64,000 bases of DNA from Terriglobia bacterium (GTDB lineage Bacteria > Acidobacteriota > Terriglobia > Acidiferrales > UBA7541): positions 9,995 through 73,994 of the forward strand of contig JAIQGG010000007.1 in assembly GCA_020072785.1 (NCBI GenBank), given 5' to 3'. Every line of letters begins with the position of its first letter. Positions within the stretch are counted from its first letter, which is position 1. Positions 36,903 through 44,221 of the stretch are shown piece by piece. The translations under genes were made by a program, and so were the position numbers. The notes under the pieces were generated by a model, which saw only the letters and a list, made by a program, of their open reading frames with translations, was not told where the DNA came from and searched no databases.

Positions 36903-36932
36903 TCTATCTCTGTGACCGCAGAGCGGTCAACG
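36903..36932 (+). repeat. dispersed palindromic element, copy 2 (TCTATCTCTGTGACCGCAGAGCGGTCAACG)
   Basis: Same 7-3-7 palindrome and flanks as 4282-4309. Lies in the divergent spacer between the two DinB-fold genes. Confidence 0.7.
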
Positions 36933-37055
36933 GAAAACCGCGGGGAAACGGCGCGACAAACAGTAGCATCAAGGCGAACAAAAAGCAAATACTCTTTGCA
37001 ACCCCAAAACCCCTATCCCCTTGCCTGTGGCGGCCCATGGCGGGACAATCCCGGC

Positions 37056-37604
37056 ATGGCACACGAATTCACGACCTCGTATTTGAAGGATGCACTCGAC
37101 CTGTTCCGCTATTACAAGCGGCTGGGCGAGCGGGCGATGGAGCAGTGCCCGGAGGAAGGGCTGTTTGCCGCGCTGGACGCGGAGTCCAATTCCATCGCCA
37201 TCACGGTGAAGCACCTGGCGGGGAACATGCGCTCGCGGTGGACGGATTTTCTGACCACCGACGGCGAGAAGCCCGACCGCAACCGGGACACGGAGTTTGA
37301 AGCGCCGCCGAAGACGCGCGCGGAGCTGCTGGCGCTGTGGGAGGCGGGTTGGAAGCAAGTGTTTGCGGCGCTGGAGCCGCTGACGGATGCCGATCTGACG
37401 CGGCGGGTGCTGATCCGCACCGAGCCGCATTCCGTGCTGCAGGCGGTCCAGCGGCAAATCGCGCATTACGCGTACCACGTGGGACAGATCGTGTACCTGG
37501 GGAAGCACTTCGCGGGCGGGGGCTGGACGGCACTGACCGTGCCGCGCAGGAAATCGGCGGAGTTCAACGCGAACGTCGCCTCCGGGAAGACTTCGCAGCG
37601 CTAA
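37056..37604 (+). CDS. DUF1572 (DinB-like) family protein
   Basis: SNSIAITVKHLAGNMRSRWTDFLTTDGEKPDRNRDTEFE closely matches the DUF1572 signature as I remember it. ATG at 37056. Confidence 0.8.
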   Translation: MAHEFTTSYLKDALDLFRYYKRLGERAMEQCPEEGLFAALDAESNSIAITVKHLAGNMRSRWTDFLTTDGEKPDRNRDTEFEAPPKTRAELLALWEAGWKQVFAALEPLTDADLTRRVLIRTEPHSVLQAVQRQIAHYAYHVGQIVYLGKHFAGGGWTALTVPRRKSAEFNANVASGKTSQR

Positions 37605-37625
37605 GGAGCCGCCGTGATAGCTGAA

Positions 37626-37654
37626 TTGCCGTTGTTTCCTACGCGTGCTAGGCT
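37626..37654 (+). promoter_or_regulatory. possible promoter of the hicB-like gene
   Basis: TTGCCG (37626-37631), a 17-nt spacer, then TAGGCT (37649-37654); hexamer matches only. Confidence 0.3.
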
Positions 37655-37684
37655 CTTGGCTATCGAGGAGCCGATCGAGGGCAT

Positions 37685-37909
37685 ATGGCGACGAATCAGC
37701 AGAGCGAACTCGTTTTCGAAATCACGCAGGACAGCGACGGCGGCTTTACGGCGGAATGTCTCACCGAAGCCATCATCACACAAGGAGACACCTGGAACGA
37801 ACTGCGCGCCAACGTGAAGGAAGCAGTTCAGGCCTATTTTTTTGACCGGCCTGCTCCTCAAACGATCCGGCTGCATCTTGTGCGCGACGAAGTGCTCGCC
37901 ATCGGATGA
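37685..37909 (+). CDS. HicB-like / UPF0150-fold antitoxin (N-terminal domain only)
   Basis: 74 aa; ELVFEITQDSDGGFTAECLTEAIITQGDTWNELRANVKEAVQAYF is the typical HicB-like antitoxin fold pattern. Its stop overlaps the next ATG (ATGA). Confidence 0.7.
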   Translation: MATNQQSELVFEITQDSDGGFTAECLTEAIITQGDTWNELRANVKEAVQAYFFDRPAPQTIRLHLVRDEVLAIG

Positions 37910-38062
37910 AACTCCCTCCTAGAAACGGACCAGCCCACCGCTCAGCGCATTGCAATCCCCGCGCACCAGGCACTCCGAATTGGAACACTCCATGCCATTC
38001 TCAAATCAGTTGCCACTCATAAAGGCGTTTCCCGCGAAGCCCTCCTCGAATCGATCTCCTGA
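37906..38062 (+). pseudogene. remnant of a HicA/YcfA-like toxin gene (internal deletion plus frameshift)
   Basis: ATG at 37906 encodes MKLPP, a typical toxin N-terminus. The +1 frame encodes ...IAIPAHQALRIGTLHAILKSVATHKGVSREALLESIS*, a typical C-terminus. The middle ~40 codons are missing and the start-bearing frame ends at 38022. Confidence 0.45.
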
Positions 38063-38111
38063 AACACACTCTCCCGCTTTCCCAATGGTGTGAAGTCCGG
38101 TACGCTCTCTA

Positions 38112-41108
38112 TTGATGGCAACACTCTTTGATCTGGGACCACAGGACGATCCGCTGGCCGGGCTGAATGAGGCGCAGCAGCGCGCAGTAACGCACAGCGA
38201 GGGGCCGCTGCTGGTGATCGCCGGTGCGGGCACGGGCAAGACCAAGGTCATCACCGAGCGGATCCGGCATCTGCTGGCCTCCAATCCCGAGCTGGGCGGG
38301 GAAAACATACTGGGGCTGACGTTCACGGACAAGGCCGCGGCAGAGATGAAGCACCGCGTGGTGGCCGCGGCGGGAGAGCGCGCCGAGAGCGTGACGCTGG
38401 CGACGTTCCATTCCTTCTGCAAAGAGCTGCTGGCGGAGCTGGAGCCGGAACGCGTGCTGCTGGACCAGGTGGACCACTGGATCCTGCTGCGGCGAAACCT
38501 GGCGCGGCTGCGGCTGGAGAAATTCCGGCGGCTGGCGGATCCCGGTCAATTTTTGAGCGACTTCGTGGAATTCTTCTCGCGCTGCCAGGACGAGCTAGTG
38601 AGCAGCGCGGAGTACCAGCGCTACGCCGACGCGCTGGCCGCGCAACTGGAAGCCGAGCGGGCCACGCTGGACGAGGAGACCTGCAAGGAGCGGGGCGAGC
38701 AGGCGGCGCTGCAACAGGAGATCGCGCGCGCCTACCGCACCAGCGAGGAGCTGCTGCGGGAAAAGAACCGGCTGACGTTCGGGGCGCTGCTGGCGGAGAC
38801 GGCGACGCGGCTGCGCAGCGATGCGGCGCTGCGCGCGCGGCTGCAGCAGCGCTACCAGCACATCCTGGTGGACGAATTCCAGGACACCAACATCGCGCAG
38901 CTGGAGCTGCTCTATCTGCTGGCGGCGGAACCGCGCAATATCCTGGTGGTGGGCGACAACGACCAGGCCATCTACCGCTTTCGCGGGGCGTCGTTCGGAA
39001 GCTTCACGATTTTTCTGGAGCGCTTTGCGGGGTGGCGGCGCGGAGCGGATTCCGGGCCGTGGCGGGTAACGCTGACGGAAAACTACCGGTCGATGGCCAA
39101 GATTCTGCGGGTGGCGACGCAGGTGATCACGCAGAACGAGGTGAGCGAGGATTTTCCGAAGAAGGTGCTGAGCACGGCGCGGGGCGAGGGCGAGAAGATC
39201 CGCATCGTGGAGCTGGGGACGGCCGCGGACGAAGCACGCTGGGTGCGCGGGGAGCTGCAGCGGCTGCACGGCGCGGGGCACCGCTGGCGGGAGTTCGCGA
39301 TTCTCTACCGGCAGCATGCGCACCGCGACGCGCTGGTGGCCGAACTGCGGCGCGCGGGAATTCCGTTTTTCATCGCCAAGCTGTCGATCCTGAAGCACGG
39401 GCTGGTGCGCGACGTCCTGGCCTACCTGCGGCTGGTGGCGCGGCCCTACGACGACATTTCCTGCGCGCGGGTGCTGGCCGCGCCCGCGTGGGGTCTGGAC
39501 GCCACGGGGCTGATGCGGCTGACGGAACGCGCGGCGAAGAAGCGCGGCACGCCGCTCTACGACGTGCTGCAGGCGCCGCAGGCGGAGCTGACATTCGGCG
39601 CGGCGCAGCCGGACACGAGCGGGCTGCTGGAGTTTCTCTCGGCGCAGCGCAAGACGATGCGGCGGAAGACGGCCCGGGAGATCCTGGGCGAGCTGCTGGA
39701 CTGGCTGGAGCTGGCGGAGCGCGTTCCGGAAGAGGACCGGCGGTACGTGGAGCAGATGGTGAGCTTCCTGAAGGAGTGGGAGCCGAAGAGCGAGACGCGT
39801 TCGCTGCCGGAATTTCTGGAATATCTGGACTTCTACGAGCAGGCCGGCGGGACGATCAGCCTGGCGGAAGAAGGGCCGCGGGACGCGGTGCGGCTGATGA
39901 CCGTGCACGGGGCCAAGGGGCTGGAGTTTCCGCACGTGTTCATTCTGCGGATGAACGCGGGGGCGTTTCCGGTGCGGCCGCGCTCGCACGTGTTTGAGTT
40001 TCCGGAAGCGCTCATCAAAGAGGAGCGGCCGCAGGGCGATTTCCACATCCAGGAGGAGCGGCGGCTATTCTATGTGGCGCTGACGCGGGCACGGGACCGG
40101 CTGACGCTGACGACGCTGACGGACAAGAAGTCCAAGCGCTCGCCGTTTCTCGATGATTTCCTGATGGAGGCGCCGATCAAGAAGCGGGACGTGACGCAGA
40201 GCGCGCCGAATGTGCCGCCGGCGGCGGAAGCAGAGGCTGCATCCGCGGAGGCCGCGGGCCCGGGTTCGCTCTTCCCTGCTTCGGGAGCGCCGCCGCGGTT
40301 ATTTTCGCGGATCGGGACGTGGGCGGAAAGTTTTCATCCGCCGGCGCCGATGCCGCTGCAACTGAGCGCCTCGGCGATCGATTCCTACCGCTCCTGCCCG
40401 CAGCGCTATCTCTTTTCGAAATTCTGGCAGCTGCCGGAAGGGCCGCGGGCGGCGATGAGCTTCGGCAGCGTGATGCACACGACGATCAAGCGTTTCGTGG
40501 GGGAACTGCGCAAGGGCAACCGCCTGCCGTTCGAAGAGGTGGCGCACATTTTCGAAACCGAGTGGACCTCGGCGGGCTTCGAGGACGACTACCAGGAAGG
40601 CGAATACAAGAAGGATGGCCTCGAGCAGCTGCGGGTGTTTCACGCGGCGCTGTTGGCGGAGCCGCCGCAGGTGCTGGAACAGGAAAAGAGCTTCGAGCTG
40701 CCGCTGGACAACAACATCGTGATCACGGGGCGAATCGACCAGATCAATTCCTTGGGCGGGCGGGACGTGGAGATCGTGGATTACAAGACGGGCAAGCCGA
40801 AACCGGACGCCGCAGCGCGCAAGGACCTGCAGTTGAGCATCTATGCGCTGGCGGCGCGGGAGATTCTGGAGCTGAACCCGGTGGACCTGACGTTTCATTA
40901 CCTGCTGACGAACGAAAAGCAGGTGACCTCGCGGGACGCGAAGCAACTGGACGAGGCGGTGCGCATCGTCCAAGAAGTCGCGGCGGATATCCGCGCGGGG
41001 GAGTTTCCGGCGAAGCTGGGGTTCCAGTGCCGGAGCTGCGCGTACCGGACGATCTGTCCGGCGCAGGAGGAAAGCCAAAAAGTCCAGGAGTTGCAAAAAA
41101 GGCCATAG
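38112..41108 (+). CDS. UvrD/PcrA-type superfamily 1 helicase fused to a C-terminal PD-(D/E)XK (Cas4/AddB-like, 4-Cys) nuclease
   Basis: Helicase motifs are intact (AGAGTGKT, DEFQDTN, VGDNDQAIYRFRGA, MTVHGAKGLEF, LFYVALTRARDRL). The nuclease has ...SCPQRY..., GRIDQI..., EIVDYKTGKPK, QLSIYALAA, and terminal CRSCAYRTIC. Confidence 0.9.
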   Translation: MMATLFDLGPQDDPLAGLNEAQQRAVTHSEGPLLVIAGAGTGKTKVITERIRHLLASNPELGGENILGLTFTDKAAAEMKHRVVAAAGERAESVTLATFHSFCKELLAELEPERVLLDQVDHWILLRRNLARLRLEKFRRLADPGQFLSDFVEFFSRCQDELVSSAEYQRYADALAAQLEAERATLDEETCKERGEQAALQQEIARAYRTSEELLREKNRLTFGALLAETATRLRSDAALRARLQQRYQHILVDEFQDTNIAQLELLYLLAAEPRNILVVGDNDQAIYRFRGASFGSFTIFLERFAGWRRGADSGPWRVTLTENYRSMAKILRVATQVITQNEVSEDFPKKVLSTARGEGEKIRIVELGTAADEARWVRGELQRLHGAGHRWREFAILYRQHAHRDALVAELRRAGIPFFIAKLSILKHGLVRDVLAYLRLVARPYDDISCARVLAAPAWGLDATGLMRLTERAAKKRGTPLYDVLQAPQAELTFGAAQPDTSGLLEFLSAQRKTMRRKTAREILGELLDWLELAERVPEEDRRYVEQMVSFLKEWEPKSETRSLPEFLEYLDFYEQAGGTISLAEEGPRDAVRLMTVHGAKGLEFPHVFILRMNAGAFPVRPRSHVFEFPEALIKEERPQGDFHIQEERRLFYVALTRARDRLTLTTLTDKKSKRSPFLDDFLMEAPIKKRDVTQSAPNVPPAAEAEAASAEAAGPGSLFPASGAPPRLFSRIGTWAESFHPPAPMPLQLSASAIDSYRSCPQRYLFSKFWQLPEGPRAAMSFGSVMHTTIKRFVGELRKGNRLPFEEVAHIFETEWTSAGFEDDYQEGEYKKDGLEQLRVFHAALLAEPPQVLEQEKSFELPLDNNIVITGRIDQINSLGGRDVEIVDYKTGKPKPDAAARKDLQLSIYALAAREILELNPVDLTFHYLLTNEKQVTSRDAKQLDEAVRIVQEVAADIRAGEFPAKLGFQCRSCAYRTICPAQEESQKVQELQKRP

Positions 41109-41124
41109 CGGTGAGGCGGCAAAG

Positions 41125-41508
41125 ATGGATCGGGAATGCTTCGTCAAGCTCGTGGAGGAAGTACTGGAGGCACTTCCGGCGGAGTTTCGTAAACGGATAC
41201 ATAACCTCGCTGTTCTAGTCGAAAACCGACCACCCAAACGATCATCGAGAAAAACACGCGGGAGTGCTCAGAAGGCTGGCTTCGAGAAGACTGCTCGTGT
41301 GGTCTTAGGAATCTATCAAGGCGTCCCAGCTACCAAGAGGAGTGTGTTTGACCCATCCGCTGGGCCAGACCGCATCGTCCTCTACCAGAAGAACATCGAG
41401 GAGGTCTGCTCCAATGAAGCCGAAATCCGTCACGAGGTCAGGCAGACAGTCCTCCACGAACTGGGGCATTATTTCGGGATGGACGAGGCCCAACTGAAGG
41501 ATGTCTAG
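41125..41508 (+). CDS. zincin-like metallopeptidase family protein (DUF1025 / Zincin_1)
   Basis: 127 aa; VLHELGHYFGMDE HExxH motif at the C-terminus and the family-typical N-terminal helix (LEALPAEFRKRIHNLAVLVEN). Starts 16 nt after the helicase stop. Confidence 0.8.
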   Translation: MDRECFVKLVEEVLEALPAEFRKRIHNLAVLVENRPPKRSSRKTRGSAQKAGFEKTARVVLGIYQGVPATKRSVFDPSAGPDRIVLYQKNIEEVCSNEAEIRHEVRQTVLHELGHYFGMDEAQLKDV

Positions 41509-41583
41509 GCATTGCTAGCGGGAGAGATTTTTCTGCGCCCCGGGCGCCTCGAAATGCCGGGGTTGAGTTTTTCCGCAGCCGGC

Positions 41584-41623
41584 GAAAAGGAAAAGGGCGC
41601 TGACGGTGCGGCTGCCAGCGCCC
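41584..41623 (-). terminator. rho-independent terminator after the 18-codon mini-ORF
   Basis: Minus-strand GGGCGCTG, a 13-nt loop, CAGCGCCC, followed by TTTTCCTTTTC; 21 nt after the TAA. Confidence 0.6.
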
Positions 41624-41644
41624 TGAGGATCCCGAGAACGATAC

Positions 41645-41701
41645 TTACTTGCCCTTTTTCTTGGGCTGTTTCTTTGCTTCCCTCTTGGGTTTGTTCTTCA
41701 T
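41645..41701 (-). CDS. candidate 18-aa Lys-rich peptide MKNKPKREAKKQPKKKGK
   Basis: GGAGG (41712-41708) lies 6 nt upstream of the ATG (41701); TAA at 41647-41645; a dedicated terminator follows. Too short for the ORF track. Confidence 0.4.
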   Translation of the reverse strand: MKNKPKREAKKQPKKKGK

Positions 41702-41821
41702 CGTGAACCTCCTTCCAGATGCATGCGGCGATCCGCGGGCGAACGCGGCGCGCGCCCCGCAGTTGCGATGCGGGCATCGTCCTGCCGCGTCCAGGATATT
41801 ACTGCAGAAGGGCCCGGCACG

Positions 41822-42910
41822 CTATGGCAAACCGACAAAATAACCGTCGCGAGCGAGAATGGAGAGGCCGGGGCGCTTCACGCGGATTTCGATGGAGTGG
41901 TAGTCGAGGGAGCGGTCGGTGCCGCGAGGGGTGTAGGCGAGGGTGTACTGGTTGCGGGCCTCTTCGGAAACGGCGGAGTACAGGCGCTCCATCTCCTCGC
42001 GCTGCGCCGCGTAGAAAACGTCGCCGCCGGTGGCATGGGCGAATTTCGAAAGCGTGGTAAGGCGGCGGTTGAAGAAAGCGTTGCCGACGCCAACGCCATA
42101 GACGGAGATGCCCGCGGTGAGCAGGGAGCGCACCGTGTCGTCGAAGCTCATGGAGTTGTGCTTGGAATTGACGCCGTCGGAGATGAGGAAGATGAGCTTG
42201 CGGCGGTCGCGGCCGCGGTCCTTGAGCAACTGGGCGGCGGCATAGACGGCGTCGTCCACGGCCTTGGTGGGCTGGCCCTTGAGGATCCTGGCCGAAGGCG
42301 GAATCTGCGAAGCGCCGGGCGCGGGGATACCGTTGATCTTGGGGCCGGAACCGAGAGGCCCGCCGGCGGGAGCGGGAGCAGGGGAGCTTCTGACGGTGAC
42401 GCGCTGGAGCTGGGTGAGGAGGACGTCGGGATCCGAGGTGAAGCCCTTGCCCGGGTAGAAAAACTGGTCGAAGCGGGCGACGCAGACCTCGTCATTGCGG
42501 CTGAAGCCCGCGGCCAGCGTGGGGAGCGTGGCGGCGACCTGTTCGGCGACGCGGTTCTCGAGGTCGTTGTCAATCAGGATGACGACAGAGAGCGGGAAGG
42601 GGTCGCTTGAGAAGACGTCAATGTGCTGTTCGACGTCGTCCTCCAAGACCCGAAATTCGTCGCGGGTCAAATCGGGGACGATACGGCCTGCGGCGTCCTT
42701 GACGATGACCGGGACGACGACGAGGCTGGTAGTAACGCGGATGCGCGTCTGCACATCCTCCTGCTGCGGGGGAGGCGGGCTCGCCGGGGCGGGGCGCGGC
42801 GGGGAAGTCTGGGTCTGGGCCGCCAGGAAAGGTCCCGGGAGCAGGAGCAGAATGCACAACAGGAAGGCGAGGCTGCAGACGGCGGTGCGAGTTTTGCGTG
42901 TACAATTCAT
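41822..42910 (-). CDS. secreted VWA-domain protein, acidobacterial VWFA type (TIGR03436-like), degenerate MIDAS
   Basis: Signal peptide, Pro-rich linker, IRVTTSLVVVPVIVKDAAGRIVPDLTRDEFRVLEDDVEQ N-domain, a VWA core with DNDLE instead of DxSxS, and a C-terminal ...YHSIEIRVKRPGLSILARDGYF motif. Confidence 0.85.
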   Translation of the reverse strand: MNCTRKTRTAVCSLAFLLCILLLLPGPFLAAQTQTSPPRPAPASPPPPQQEDVQTRIRVTTSLVVVPVIVKDAAGRIVPDLTRDEFRVLEDDVEQHIDVFSSDPFPLSVVILIDNDLENRVAEQVAATLPTLAAGFSRNDEVCVARFDQFFYPGKGFTSDPDVLLTQLQRVTVRSSPAPAPAGGPLGSGPKINGIPAPGASQIPPSARILKGQPTKAVDDAVYAAAQLLKDRGRDRRKLIFLISDGVNSKHNSMSFDDTVRSLLTAGISVYGVGVGNAFFNRRLTTLSKFAHATGGDVFYAAQREEMERLYSAVSEEARNQYTLAYTPRGTDRSLDYHSIEIRVKRPGLSILARDGYFVGLP

Positions 42911-43040
42911 GGTTGTGAGGTCCGACGTTCCGCGCGATCCGGGTGACGCATCTTCCCGGGCACGAGCTGCATCCTAAGATGCCGGGGACGGTGGATGGCG
43001 ATGTCTCCGGAGAAACGCTCCCTTTCGAGGCGATTATACA

Positions 43041-44003
43041 ATGCACAGGGCAAAGAACTGGATGTGGATCGCGATGCTGTCTCTCGGGGGAGGACTGCTG
43101 GCCTGGACCGCGGGGGCGCAGGAGCCCATCGCGCAGGCGCCGGTGATCCGCACACAGGTGAACCTGGTCAACGTGTTTGCGACGGTGCGGGACAAGAACA
43201 AGCGCATCGTGACGGACCTGAAACAGGACAATTTCCGGGTCTTCGAGGACAACAAGGAAGAGAAGATCGCGTTCTTCTCCCGGGAAACGGCGTTGCCGGT
43301 GACCCTGGGGCTGCTGATCGACACCAGCGGCAGCGAAAGCAACCGGCTGGGCGCGGAGCAGGAAGCGGCGTCGCGATTTTTGAACCGGGTGCTGCGCAAG
43401 GGCGACCTGGCCATGGAGATCAGCTTTGACACGGACGTGGACCTGCTCTCGGACTTTACCGACGACCGCGGGCAACTGGAGCGCGGGATCCAGCGGGCCC
43501 GGATCAACGCGCCGAGCGGCGGGGGCATCAACCCCGGGCCGATCCCGCAAAGCCAGACCGGGGGTACGCATTTCTATGACGCGGTGTACCTGGCATGCAC
43601 GGACAAGCTGGCCACGGAAGCGGGGCGCAAGGCGCTGGTGATCATCACCGACGCGTTCGACGAGGGGAGCAAGCTGCGCGTGGAGGAAGCCATCGAAGCG
43701 GCGCAGCGCACGGATACGGTCATCCACATTCTGCTGGTGCACGATCCGGGTTATCCGACCGGCGCGGGAATCGCGAAGAAGATCACGGAAGAGACGGGCG
43801 GACGGCTGATCGACGTGTACAGCGAGAAGCGGCTGGAAGAGGCGTTCGATCAGATTTCGGAAGAATTGCGCAGCCAGTACACGCTGGGCTACTACCCGAG
43901 CAACACCAACCATGACGGGAAGTACCGCAAGATCAAGATCGAGATGAGCAGCAAAGACCTGAAGGTGCTGGCGCGCAAGGGATATTACGCGCCGAAGAGC
44001 TAG
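43041..44003 (+). CDS. secreted VWA-domain protein, acidobacterial VWFA type (TIGR03436-like)
   Basis: Signal peptide, IRTQVNLVNVFATVRDKNKRIVTDLKQDNFRVFEDNKEE, MIDAS DTSGS, and a C-terminal YRKIKIEMSSKDLKVLARKGYY. Confidence 0.85.
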   Translation: MHRAKNWMWIAMLSLGGGLLAWTAGAQEPIAQAPVIRTQVNLVNVFATVRDKNKRIVTDLKQDNFRVFEDNKEEKIAFFSRETALPVTLGLLIDTSGSESNRLGAEQEAASRFLNRVLRKGDLAMEISFDTDVDLLSDFTDDRGQLERGIQRARINAPSGGGINPGPIPQSQTGGTHFYDAVYLACTDKLATEAGRKALVIITDAFDEGSKLRVEEAIEAAQRTDTVIHILLVHDPGYPTGAGIAKKITEETGGRLIDVYSEKRLEEAFDQISEELRSQYTLGYYPSNTNHDGKYRKIKIEMSSKDLKVLARKGYYAPKS

Positions 44004-44221
44004 GAGCGGCACCGCAAACTGCGCCCCTACCTAGGCTGATATTGCAGCAACGGGATGAATTGCGGCTGATGCCGCAGAGAGCGAAACCACGAGTTGCCGC
44101 CCTCCCCGCGGCGCCGAGTTAATTTGCGGGCGGCGGCACAAAACCTTCCTGAAGCGCGCGGCCGCGGATTTCCCAAAAAACAAGCGAATGGTCCGGCGAT
44201 CCCGGCGAAACAAGCCTGCCG

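Noticed and set aside
41505-41777. 90-aa minus-strand ORF in the zincin-VWA spacer
   Set aside because: It has no SD and an implausible sequence. It overlaps the much better supported 18-codon mini-gene in another frame and runs through its terminator.
42618-44012. 464-aa minus-strand ORF
   Set aside because: It is antisense to the second VWA gene and overlaps the first VWA gene out of frame, with no domain-like sequence.
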